From contig DASSNT010000032.1 of NCBI GenBank assembly GCA_035701285.1, positions 2,284-66,283 on the forward strand: a stretch of 64,000 bases of DNA, given 5' to 3'. The position numbers were made by a program, and so were the translations under genes. The DNA is from Gammaproteobacteria bacterium. Lineage in GTDB: Bacteria; Pseudomonadota; Gammaproteobacteria; Natronospirales; DASSBR01. Below, one piece after another: positions 43,767-52,200 of the stretch. How positions within the stretch are numbered: position 1 is the stretch's first letter; each line of letters begins with the position of its first letter. The notes beneath the pieces were generated by a model. The model was not told the origin of the DNA and made no database searches. It saw nothing but the letters and a program-made list of their open reading frames with translations.

Positions 43767-43991
43767 TTCACGGGATGTTTGGGGTGAGGTTTTATTTCCG
43801 GCGCCCACGATGTCGCTGCCGAGAGCTTGTCGACTGCCAAGGGAAGACAAGCGTGTAGCTATAGCGAAGCTTTGGCACAGGGATGTGCCAACATTTTCCA
43901 GCCGTTTCGGCTGGAAAATGAGCAAACCCGGAAATCGCATTTTCGGGTTTGCGCACGAGAAAGAAGCCAAGGATGGCTTCTTTCGTAAAAC

Positions 43992-44067
43992 TGGCGCTCC
44001 CAAGGGGAATCGAACCCCTGTTTCAGCCTTGAGAGGGCCGCGTCCTGGACCGCTAGACGATGGGAGC
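43992..44067 (-). tRNA. tRNA-Glu (anticodon CUC)
   Basis: The reverse complement GCTCCCATCGTCTAGCGGTCCAGGACGCGGCCCTCTCAAGGCTGAAACAGGGGTTCGATTCCCCTTGGGAGCGCCA folds as a cloverleaf. The anticodon loop is CT-CTC-AA. It closely parallels E. coli tRNA-Glu. Confidence 0.9.
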
Positions 44068-44107
44068 GAAGCGTTCCGCAGGCTAAAGCGCCGCGCGGAG
44101 CCGTGCT

Positions 44108-44135
44108 ATTATACGCGGGCAAATTTTCATCTCAA
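44108..44135 (-). promoter_or_regulatory. Candidate sigma-70 promoter for tRNA-Glu
   Basis: On the minus strand: TTGAGA (44135-44130), a 16-nt spacer, then TATAAT (44113-44108). It lies about 40 nt upstream of the tRNA. Confidence 0.45.
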
Positions 44136-44151
44136 GAACAATTCCATCGCT

Positions 44152-45471
44152 TTGTCGAACATCAATCCGCAGAGACAACCTATTACTTCGCCCATCACCG
44201 TGCCGCGCGCCGAGCATTCGGTTTCGCGAACCAACATTTCCGATAATGCGCTCAAGGTGCTGTATCGGCTGAAGGACGCCGGTTTTATGGCGTTCCTGGT
44301 CGGTGGCAGCGTGCGCGATCTGCTGCTCGGTCATGTGCCGAAGGATTTTGATGTGGCAACCGACGCGCATCCCGAGCAGGTGCGTGATTTGTTTCGCAAC
44401 AGCCGGCTGATCGGCCGGCGCTTTCGGCTGGTGCATGTGCGCTACGGGCGCGAGGTGATCGAGGTGGCGACGTTTCGGGCCTCGCCCGACACCGACATTG
44501 CCGCCGACGCAGACCGCACGCTGGACGAGAGCGGCCGTATCCTGCGCGACAACGTGTACGGCACGATTGAGGAAGATGCCTGGCGGCGCGATTTCACGGT
44601 CAATGCGCTGTATTACGACATCCGCGATTTTTCGGTCTGGGATTACGTCGGCGGCCTTGACGATCTGAATCATCGCGTTCTGCGGCTGATCGGCGACCCG
44701 GTGACGCGCTATCGCGAGGATCCGGTGCGGATGCTGCGGGCGGCCCGGTTTGCCACCAAGCATGATTTCACCATCGAGGCGACCAACGCGGAGGCGCTTG
44801 CCGGCTCGGCACCGCTGCTCGGCGACGTACCGCCGGCGCGTCTGTTCGACGAGGTCCTGAAGCTTTTCATGGGCGGGTATGCGCTCAAGAATTTCCGCAT
44901 GCTGCGGCGCTTCGGCCTGTTCGCCCAGCTGTTTCCCTGGACCGAAGAGTTGCTTGCAGGCGATGAGGCCACCCTGGGCTTTATCGAGCGCGCGCTGACC
45001 AACACCGACCGGCGCATCGAGGCCGGCCAGCCGGTGACGCCGGCGTTTTTGTTTGCGGCGCTGTTGTGGGCGCCGGTGCGGACTTTCGCCGCCTGGCGCG
45101 AGGCCGATGGTGTGCATCCGACGCAGGCGCTGCGGCAGGCGGCAATGGATATCTCTGCGCAGCAGCAGGCGCGCATCGCGTTGCCGCGCCGCTTCAAGCA
45201 GCCGATGACGGAGATTTTCGAGATGCAGGCGCGCTTCGGGCATCGGCGCGGCAAGCGGCCGGGGCGGCTGCTCGATCATCCGCGCTTCCGCGCCGCGTAC
45301 GACTTCCTGTTGCTGCGTGCCGAGGCCGGCGAAGTCGAGCAGGAACTGGCCGATTGGTGGACGGCGTTTCAGGCCGAGCAGGGCGCCAATGAAGAAGAAG
45401 CGCAGCCCAACAGGCGCCGTCGCCGGCGTCGCCGCCGGCGCGCCCAGAATAGCGGCGAAGAAGAGGAATAG
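44152..45471 (+). CDS. pcnB: Poly(A) polymerase I
   Basis: ALKVLYRLKDAGFMAFLVGGSVRDLLLG, DFDV and RLIGRRFRLVHV, with an Arg-rich tail. The 5' end is uncertain: TTG 44152 is the first canonical start downstream of the tRNA, but conserved residues (TRANF) extend upstream. Confidence 0.85.
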   Translation: MSNINPQRQPITSPITVPRAEHSVSRTNISDNALKVLYRLKDAGFMAFLVGGSVRDLLLGHVPKDFDVATDAHPEQVRDLFRNSRLIGRRFRLVHVRYGREVIEVATFRASPDTDIAADADRTLDESGRILRDNVYGTIEEDAWRRDFTVNALYYDIRDFSVWDYVGGLDDLNHRVLRLIGDPVTRYREDPVRMLRAARFATKHDFTIEATNAEALAGSAPLLGDVPPARLFDEVLKLFMGGYALKNFRMLRRFGLFAQLFPWTEELLAGDEATLGFIERALTNTDRRIEAGQPVTPAFLFAALLWAPVRTFAAWREADGVHPTQALRQAAMDISAQQQARIALPRRFKQPMTEIFEMQARFGHRRGKRPGRLLDHPRFRAAYDFLLLRAEAGEVEQELADWWTAFQAEQGANEEEAQPNRRRRRRRRRRAQNSGEEEE

Positions 45472-45474
45472 GCC

Positions 45475-45969
45475 ATTACCCGCGCCTACATTGGCCTGGG
45501 CAGCAATCTGGATGACCCGCGCGCGCACGTGGAGCAGGCGCTGAGGGAGATCGCGGCGCTGCCGGCCGTGTCGCTGCTGGCGGCGTCGCCGCTGTATCGC
45601 AGCCGGCCGATGGGACCGCAGGATCAGCCGGATTTCATCAATGCGGCGGCGTGCCTGGAAACCGTCCGTCCGCCCATGCGCCTGCTGGCGGAGTTGCAGC
45701 GCCTGGAGGCCGCCCATGGCCGGCAGCGCCATGGCGAACGCTGGGGCCCGCGGCCGCTCGATCTGGACCTGCTGATATTCGGCCTGGCCCGGATCAATAC
45801 GTTGAACCTGACGGTGCCGCATCCCGGGCTCGCCGTGCGCAATTTCGTCCTGTATCCTCTCGCCGATATCGCGCCGCGCGATTTACGGGTTCCGGGCTAC
45901 GGGCGTCTGGATGCCTTGCTGGCGCGCGTCGACGGCGATGATCTGGAAAAACTCGGAGCGGGGGAATGA
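45475..45969 (+). CDS. folK: 2-amino-4-hydroxy-6-hydroxymethyldihydropteridine diphosphokinase (HPPK)
   Basis: (I)TRAYIGLGSNL, GPQDQPDF and WGPRPLDLDLL motifs. The conserved N-terminus lies upstream of the first canonical start (GTG 45529), so an ATT at 45475 is proposed as the start. Confidence 0.8.
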   Translation: MTRAYIGLGSNLDDPRAHVEQALREIAALPAVSLLAASPLYRSRPMGPQDQPDFINAAACLETVRPPMRLLAELQRLEAAHGRQRHGERWGPRPLDLDLLIFGLARINTLNLTVPHPGLAVRNFVLYPLADIAPRDLRVPGYGRLDALLARVDGDDLEKLGAGE

Positions 45970-46616
45970 CGGCAGAGACAACGGGCATCCGCCATCTGGT
46001 CATCGAGGGACCGATCGGCGTCGGCAAGACGACGCTGGCGCGGCGCCTGGCGGAGACCTACAACGCCGAGCTGCTGCTCGAGCGCGCGGAAGAGAATCCG
46101 TTTCTCGAGCGCTTTTACCAGGACCCGAAAACCGCGGCGCTGCCGGCCCAGCTTTCCTTTCTGTTTCAACGCGTCCGGCAGCTCGAAAAGCTCCGCCAGG
46201 GGGATATCTTTTCGCCGGTGCGCGTGGCTGATTTTCTGCTCGAAAAGGACCGGCTGTTCGCTCACCTCAACCTCGATGACGACGAGCTGGGTTTGTACGA
46301 GCAGGTGTATTCACGCGTCAGCGTGGATATGCCGACGCCCGACCTGGTGGTCTATCTGCAGGCGCCGGTCGACGTGCTGATGCGGCGCGTGCGTCACCGG
46401 GGCATTGGTTACGAGCAACTGATCCGGCGCGAATATCTTGAGGCGCTGGCATCGGCCTACGCGCAATTTTTTCACCACTACGATCGCACGCCGCTTCTGA
46501 TCGTCAACGCCGCCGAGATCAATCCGGTAGCCAGCGACACGGACTACGAAGCGCTGGTCAGCGAAATCGCCGGCATCCGCACCGGGCGGCATTATTTCAA
46601 TCCTGTCGCCCGTTAG
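45966..46616 (+). CDS. Deoxynucleoside kinase family protein
   Basis: 216 aa. P-loop EGPIGVGKTTL and a dNK-like DRY/ERS region. 4-nt overlap with folK. Confidence 0.8.
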   Translation: MTAETTGIRHLVIEGPIGVGKTTLARRLAETYNAELLLERAEENPFLERFYQDPKTAALPAQLSFLFQRVRQLEKLRQGDIFSPVRVADFLLEKDRLFAHLNLDDDELGLYEQVYSRVSVDMPTPDLVVYLQAPVDVLMRRVRHRGIGYEQLIRREYLEALASAYAQFFHHYDRTPLLIVNAAEINPVASDTDYEALVSEIAGIRTGRHYFNPVAR

Positions 46617-46630
46617 CGGAAGGAGTCGTC

Positions 46631-47458
46631 ATGTATACCAAGGTCGAAACCCGCGCCGGCGACAAGCCTGTCACGATCTCGCAGCTCGCGAAGATGAAAA
46701 AGGCCGGCGAAAAGATCGCGTGCCTGACGGCTTACGATGCCAGTTTCGCGGCACTGCTCGACGCGGCCGGCGTTGATGTCGTGCTGGTCGGCGATACGCT
46801 CGGCATGGTGGTGCAGGGGCATCCATCGACCGTTCCGGTCACCGTTGATGACATGATCTATCACTGTCGCATGGTCAGCCGCGGCTTGCGCCGCGCGCTG
46901 CTGATGGCCGACATGCCGTTTTTGAGCTATCCGGAACCGCGGGAGGCGCTCGAGAACGCCGGCCGGCTGATGCGCGAAGGCGGCGCGGCGATGGTCAAGC
47001 TCGAAGCCAACGCCAACCAGGCGGAGGTGGTGCGGCATCTGGCGGCGAACGGCGTGCCGGTTTGCGCGCATCTCGGCCTGCGGCCGCAATCGGTGCACAA
47101 AATCGGCGGCTTCAAGGTGCAGGGCAAGGACGAGGCTGCGGCGCGGCAGATGATTGACGATGCGCTGGCCCTCGAAGCGGCCGGTGCCGATATTATTCTG
47201 CTGGAATGTGTGCCGTCGTCGCTCGGCCGCGAAATCACCGAGCGGGTGTCGGCGCCGGTTATCGGTATCGGCGCCGGACCGGACACCGACGGGCAGATTC
47301 TCGTACTCTACGACATGCTCGATATCACGCCGGGCCATCGGCCGCGCTTCGCCAAAAATTTTATGGCTGACGCTGAATCGCCGAAGGCAGCGGTTGAGGC
47401 CTACGTTCGGGACGTCAGCAACGGCGCCTATCCGGCCCCCGAACACTGCTTCGATTAA
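46631..47458 (+). CDS. panB: 3-methyl-2-oxobutanoate hydroxymethyltransferase
   Basis: 275 aa with full-length PanB similarity (LTAYDASFA, VLVGDTLGMV). Confidence 0.95.
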   Translation: MYTKVETRAGDKPVTISQLAKMKKAGEKIACLTAYDASFAALLDAAGVDVVLVGDTLGMVVQGHPSTVPVTVDDMIYHCRMVSRGLRRALLMADMPFLSYPEPREALENAGRLMREGGAAMVKLEANANQAEVVRHLAANGVPVCAHLGLRPQSVHKIGGFKVQGKDEAAARQMIDDALALEAAGADIILLECVPSSLGREITERVSAPVIGIGAGPDTDGQILVLYDMLDITPGHRPRFAKNFMADAESPKAAVEAYVRDVSNGAYPAPEHCFD

Positions 47459-47459
47459 C

Positions 47460-48305
47460 ATGGATACGACCAATCAAGTCGCGCCGCTGCGCGCGGCCGT
47501 CGCCGGATGGCGCGCGGCCGGCGAGCGCATCGCACTGGTGCCGACGATGGGCAACCTGCACGCGGGACACCTGGCGCTGGTCGAGCGCGCGCGTGAACTG
47601 GCGGATCGGATTGTCGTCAGTGTCTTCGTCAATCCGCTGCAATTCGGGCCGAACGAGGATCTGGCCGCTTATCCGCGCACGCTGGAGGAGGATCAGGCGA
47701 AGCTGGCTGCCTCCGGCGTCGATCTGGTGTTCGCGCCCGGTGTCGACGTAATGTATCCGGAAGGCGAAGCGCGCGCCACGATCAGCGTCGCAGGACTCAA
47801 TGACATTCTCTGCGGCGCGAGCCGCCCTGGCCACTTCACCGGTGTCGCGACCGTGGTCGCCAAGCTGTTCAACATGGCGAATCCCGATCTCGCGGTGTTT
47901 GGCAACAAGGATTACCAGCAACTCGTCGTCATCCGGCGCATGGTGTCGGAACTGGCGTTCCCGATCGAAATTGCGAGTGTGCCGACCATGCGCGAAACCG
48001 ACGGACTGGCGATGAGCTCGCGCAACCGCTATTTGAGTGCCGCGGAACGCGAACAGGCGCCGGAGCTTTATCGGGCGCTGGGAGCGCTGGAGGCGCAACT
48101 GCGCGCAGGCCAACGTGATTTCGCAAAGCTTGAAGCAGCAGCCCTGCAACAACTGGAAAAAGCCGGATTCCGTCCCGACTACGTCGCCGTACGCGAGCCG
48201 GACACACTCGCTGCGCCGCAGCCGCAAAGCAGTAGCTTCATCGTTCTCGGCGCAGCGTGGCTCGGCCGCGCCCGGTTGATCGACAACGTTGCGGTTGGCG
48301 GGTGA
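47460..48305 (+). CDS. panC: Pantoate--beta-alanine ligase
   Basis: VPTMGNLHAGHLAL signature. The start is set at ATG 47460, directly after the panB stop. Confidence 0.95.
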   Translation: MDTTNQVAPLRAAVAGWRAAGERIALVPTMGNLHAGHLALVERARELADRIVVSVFVNPLQFGPNEDLAAYPRTLEEDQAKLAASGVDLVFAPGVDVMYPEGEARATISVAGLNDILCGASRPGHFTGVATVVAKLFNMANPDLAVFGNKDYQQLVVIRRMVSELAFPIEIASVPTMRETDGLAMSSRNRYLSAAEREQAPELYRALGALEAQLRAGQRDFAKLEAAALQQLEKAGFRPDYVAVREPDTLAAPQPQSSSFIVLGAAWLGRARLIDNVAVGG

Positions 48306-48307
48306 AC

Positions 48308-48892
48308 CTACGGCAAGTCGCAGTCGAAATGCCGCAACAGCCGCGCCAGCCCGATCAGCGGCAGGCCGATCAGCCCCGTCGGATCATTGGATTCGATTGA
48401 GTCAAACAGAGTGATGCCCAGCGCCTCCGCCTTGAAACTGCCGGCACAATCGTAGGGCTGCTCGCGGTCAAGGTAGCGTTCAATTTCACCGTCCTCGAGG
48501 GCGCGAAAATGAACGCGTGTCAGATCGAGTGCTTGTTGTTGCTGATTAGTGGCTGAATCGACTACCGTTACTGCCGTGTAGAATTCGACCGTGCGGCCGG
48601 AAGCCGCTTTGAGTTGCGCAAATGCGCGCTCGCGACTGCCGGGTTTGCCGACGGGCGAGCCGTTCACGCTCGCCACCTGGTCCGAGCCGATGACCAGAGC
48701 GGGCGATCCGAATTCGGCGGCAACCGCTTCGGCTTTCGATCGCGCCAGCCGCGCGGCGAGAGCGCGCGGTGGTTCATCCGGGTGTGGCGTCTCATCGACT
48801 TCCGGGCTCCGGGACTTGAACCGGAGACCCAGTCGGGCGAGTAACTCCCGCCGGTAGGGAGATGAGGAGGCGAGAACGATCTGCAGACTCAT
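48308..48892 (-). CDS. maf: Maf-like nucleoside triphosphate pyrophosphatase (YceF type)
   Basis: 194 aa starting LASSSPYRRELL. Divergent from yceD-rpmF, as in E. coli. Confidence 0.85.
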   Translation of the reverse strand: MSLQIVLASSSPYRRELLARLGLRFKSRSPEVDETPHPDEPPRALAARLARSKAEAVAAEFGSPALVIGSDQVASVNGSPVGKPGSRERAFAQLKAASGRTVEFYTAVTVVDSATNQQQQALDLTRVHFRALEDGEIERYLDREQPYDCAGSFKAEALGITLFDSIESNDPTGLIGLPLIGLARLLRHFDCDLP

Positions 48893-48939
48893 AATTCTTC
48901 TTTGACAGTGTTGTCCGGCGCCCGTAAAATTGCTCGATT

Positions 48940-49467
48940 ATGTCCGAGTCGCTGCCGGAAAGGATTAACGCGGAGCGTCTGGCGCAGGAGCATACTCGCC
49001 TCGCGGGCGTAATCCCACTGGAGAAAATGCCACGGCTGGCGCAGTGCCTGACGGCATCTGCCGGTGCGGCGGCGGTCGAGGCCGAATTTGCATCGGGACC
49101 GGGTGAGCGTACCATTGTCCGCGGCAAGGCGACGGCGAGGGTGCAACTGACCTGCCAGCGCTGCCTGGAAAGCATGGAATGGCCGCTTCAAGCCCGATTT
49201 ACGCTGGCGCTGGTGGGCGACGAGGACGACGTGGCTTCGCTGCCGGAGGAATATGAGCCGCTGTTGTGGCCGGATGGAACCGGTTCGTTGCCGGCATTGA
49301 TCGAGGACGAGCTGCTGCTGGCGCTGCCGGCGGTGGCGCGGCATTCCGATCCGGCGGATTGCGGGCCGGTCGAGAGTCTGATGCGGACGGATGCGGAACA
49401 TGAGGTTTCGGACGACAACCCGTTTGCGGTACTGAATCAATTGAAGAGCGGTCGGCGCGATCAGTAG
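48940..49467 (+). CDS. yceD: YceD/DUF177 23S rRNA accumulation protein
   Basis: 175 aa. CQRC...C motif pattern. Located immediately upstream of rpmF. Confidence 0.8.
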   Translation: MSESLPERINAERLAQEHTRLAGVIPLEKMPRLAQCLTASAGAAAVEAEFASGPGERTIVRGKATARVQLTCQRCLESMEWPLQARFTLALVGDEDDVASLPEEYEPLLWPDGTGSLPALIEDELLLALPAVARHSDPADCGPVESLMRTDAEHEVSDDNPFAVLNQLKSGRRDQ

Positions 49468-49490
49468 CGCCATCGCTAGTGGAGAACGAA

Positions 49491-49676
49491 ATGGCTGTTC
49501 AACAAAATCGCAAGACACCGTCGAAGCGCGGCATGCGCCGTTCGCACGACGCGCTCAAGGGGCCGACGCTGTCGATCGAGCCCACTACCGGTGAAACCCA
49601 TCGCCGCCATCACGTCAGTGCCGATGGCTACTATCGCGGCCGCAAGGTCGTGGAGACCCCGCAGGAAGAAGACTGA
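49491..49676 (+). CDS. rpmF: 50S ribosomal protein L32
   Basis: [22 protein letters not shown]. The start is set at ATG 49491. Confidence 0.95.
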   Translation: MAVQQNRKTPSKRGMRRSHDALKGPTLSIEPTTGETHRRHHVSADGYYRGRKVVETPQEED

Positions 49677-49682
49677 CGGACT

Positions 49683-49718
49683 GCCGCGCGTGAACCCGTA
49701 ACGGTTTCGACGCGCGGC
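49683..49718 (+). other. Long GC-rich hairpin between rpmF and plsX (possible attenuator or processing site)
   Basis: GCCGCGCGT...ACGCGCGGC forms a 9-bp outer stem, with an extended inner stem GAACCCGT/ACGGTTTC. No U-tract follows. Confidence 0.3.
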
Positions 49719-49858
49719 CGCCCATCTGTTCGCGCAGGTTTATTCCATTGAGCAAGTTTGTTGCCGCCCGGGAAGGCCTCTCCGGCTCCCCGGGAAACGG
49801 ACCGTCACGCCCGAAGATCCCAGGGCCTGCGGACCAACTCTCCGATAACGGTCTGAGC

Positions 49859-50887
49859 ATGAAAGGCCCGGTCGCTATCGCGGTTGATGTCATGAGCGGC
49901 GATCGCGGCCCGTCGGTCGTGATCGATGCGGCGCTCGAGTGTCTGCATGAGGCGCCGAATCTGGAGCTGATCCTGGTTGGCGATACCGAGGTTGTCGAGC
50001 CGCTGGTTGCCGGGCATGGCCGCGCCGACGACAAGCGTCTGCGCCTGCAGCACGCCTCCGAGGTCGTCGGCATGGACGAGCCGCCGCAGCAGGCCTTGCG
50101 CGGCAAGAAAGATTCGTCGATGCGGGTGGCGATCAACCTGGTCAAGGAAGGCGTGGCGCAGGCGTGCATCAGTGCCGGCAACACCGGCGCGCTGATGGCC
50201 ACGGCGCGCTTCGTGCTGAAAACGCTGCCGGGGATCGACCGGCCGGCGATCATTTCGCCGATCCCGGCGATGAACGGCCATACGCTGATGCTCGATCTCG
50301 GCGCGAATACCGACTGCACGCCCGAGCACCTGTTTCAGTTCGGCGTGATGGGCTCGGCGCTCGCGACTGCCGCCTACAACATCGAGCAGCCGGCCATCGG
50401 TCTGCTGAATGTCGGCTCCGAGGAAATCAAGGGCAACGATCGCGTCAAGCAGGCGGCGCAGTTGCTGGGCGACAGCGGCCTCAATTACATCGGTTTCGTC
50501 GAAGGCAACGATATCTTTTCCGGCCGCGTCGATGTCGTCGTCAGCGACGGCTTTGTCGGCAATGTTGCGCTGAAGACCATCGAAGGCCTCGCGAAAATGA
50601 TTGGCGGTTATATCCGTCAGGAATTCACCCGCACCTCGTTTACCAAGGTACTCGGCGGCATCTCGTCGCCAGTGTTGCGCGCGCTCAAGCGCCGCCTCGA
50701 TCCGCGCCTGTATAATGGCGCGAGTTTGCTCGGCTTGAACGGCATCGTGATCAAGAGCCATGGCAGCGCGGACCAGGTGTCGTTTGCCAACGCTATCCGC
50801 ATCGCGACGCTGGAAGCCGAAAAGCAGGTCCCGAAGCGCATTACGCGGCTGCTTGAGAGCCAGCTTGCGAAGGAACATCACGAATGA
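49859..50887 (+). CDS. plsX: Phosphate acyltransferase PlsX
   Basis: [11 protein letters not shown] and full-length PlsX similarity. The start is set at ATG 49859. Confidence 0.9.
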   Translation: MKGPVAIAVDVMSGDRGPSVVIDAALECLHEAPNLELILVGDTEVVEPLVAGHGRADDKRLRLQHASEVVGMDEPPQQALRGKKDSSMRVAINLVKEGVAQACISAGNTGALMATARFVLKTLPGIDRPAIISPIPAMNGHTLMLDLGANTDCTPEHLFQFGVMGSALATAAYNIEQPAIGLLNVGSEEIKGNDRVKQAAQLLGDSGLNYIGFVEGNDIFSGRVDVVVSDGFVGNVALKTIEGLAKMIGGYIRQEFTRTSFTKVLGGISSPVLRALKRRLDPRLYNGASLLGLNGIVIKSHGSADQVSFANAIRIATLEAEKQVPKRITRLLESQLAKEHHE

Positions 50888-51852
50888 TTTATTCCCGGAT
50901 TCTCGGCACAGGGCATTATCTGCCCGACAACGTCGTTACCAACCTTGATCTTGAAAAGAAGGTTGAAACCAGCGACGAGTGGATTCGCACGAGAACCGGT
51001 ATTGAACGCCGCCACATCGCGTCCGAGGGCGAGACGACTTGCGACCTGTCGGAGCAGGCCGCCCTCCGGGCGATGGAAGCCGCCGGCGTCACCCCCGACG
51101 AGATTGATCTGATCGTCGTCGGCACCACCACGCCCGACCAGGTATTCCCGAACATGGGTTGCCTGCTGCAACAGCGCTTCGGCATTCATAACTGCCCGGC
51201 GTTCAGCCTGGAAGCGGCGTGCAGCGGCTTTATTTACGCGCTGTCGGTGGCCGACAAGTTTGTTCGCGCCGGAGAGGCGAAGCGGGCGCTTGTCGTCGGC
51301 GCCGAAACTCTGTCGCGTATGGTGGACTGGAGCGACCGTTCAACCTGTGTGCTGTTCGGGGACGGTGCGGGGGCCGTGGTGCTCGGACCGTCGGAGGAGC
51401 CCGGCATCATGTCCACCCATCTGCACGCCGATGGCCATTACAAGGATCTGTTGTTTTTCCCGGGCGGCGTCTCGAAGGGGTTCGACGCGTGGAAAGCCGG
51501 CGAGGCCTTCGTGCAGATGAAGGGCAACGAGGTGTTCCGCGTCGCCGTCAACACGCTGGGTCAGATCGTGAAGGAGACGCTGGCCGCGGCCGAGATGGAG
51601 CATGCGGAGATCGACTGGCTTGTGCCTCATCAGGCCAATCTGCGCATCATCGAAGCGACGGCCAAGAAACTCAAAATGCCGATGGAGCGCGTGGTTGTGA
51701 CGGTGCAGGAGCATGCCAATACCTCTTCGGCATCGGTGCCGATGGCGTTCGACGTTGCGGTGCGCGACGGCCGCATTCAGCGCGGGCAGACCGTCGTGAT
51801 GGAAGCCTTCGGCGGCGGCTTTACCTGGGGCTCGGTGCTGCTTCGGTACTAG
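50884..51852 (+). CDS. fabH: 3-oxoacyl-ACP synthase III
   Basis: 322 aa. Active-site Cys (EAACSGF), HQAN and GGGFTWG. ATGA overlap with plsX. Confidence 0.95.
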   Translation: MIYSRILGTGHYLPDNVVTNLDLEKKVETSDEWIRTRTGIERRHIASEGETTCDLSEQAALRAMEAAGVTPDEIDLIVVGTTTPDQVFPNMGCLLQQRFGIHNCPAFSLEAACSGFIYALSVADKFVRAGEAKRALVVGAETLSRMVDWSDRSTCVLFGDGAGAVVLGPSEEPGIMSTHLHADGHYKDLLFFPGGVSKGFDAWKAGEAFVQMKGNEVFRVAVNTLGQIVKETLAAAEMEHAEIDWLVPHQANLRIIEATAKKLKMPMERVVVTVQEHANTSSASVPMAFDVAVRDGRIQRGQTVVMEAFGGGFTWGSVLLRY

Positions 51853-51895
51853 AAATTCCCGGACGAGCGGCCATTTGCTTTGTTGTGGCCGCGTA

Positions 51896-51901
51896 TATAA
51901 T
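51896..51901 (+). promoter_or_regulatory. Consensus -10 hexamer TATAAT in the fabH/ACP spacer (candidate cassette promoter)
   Basis: TATAAT lies 18 nt upstream of ATG 51920 and 30 nt upstream of ATG 51932. Only a weak -35 (TTGCTT/TTTGCT) is visible. Confidence 0.3.
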
Positions 51902-51919
51902 CGACGCTGACCAAAGCGC

Positions 51920-52198
51920 ATGGGGAACCCAATGGAATCGGAAACGGTTGAAGGGGAGGTTGCGGCGATGCTCGTCGAGGCCGTGAATCTGGATATCGCT
52001 CCGGCAGACATCGATCCGCAACAACCGCTCTTCGGCGGCCAGGGTATCGGGCTGGACTCGATCGATGCGCTCGAGTTGTCGCTGGCGATATCGGTCAAGT
52101 ACGGCTTCCAGATGCGCGCCGACGACGCGCAACGGCATCAGGCCTTCGCCAACCTCCAATCCCTCAGCCGATACATTCATACGCATCGACAGAAATAG
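51920..52198 (+). CDS. Dedicated acyl carrier protein (phosphopantetheine-binding)
   Basis: 92 aa with a GLDSIDALE Ser attachment motif. The alternative start ATG 51932 has a better SD (GGGGA). Confidence 0.8.
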   Translation: MGNPMESETVEGEVAAMLVEAVNLDIAPADIDPQQPLFGGQGIGLDSIDALELSLAISVKYGFQMRADDAQRHQAFANLQSLSRYIHTHRQK

Positions 52199-52200
52199 TC

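Noticed and set aside
43759-44151. N-terminal 131 codons of the 570-aa pcnB ORF, and the 5' extension of the RDD-protein ORF up to 44003.
   Set aside because: Both extensions run through the tRNA-Glu gene (43992-44067) and its flanking hairpins. Conserved protein sequence begins only downstream.
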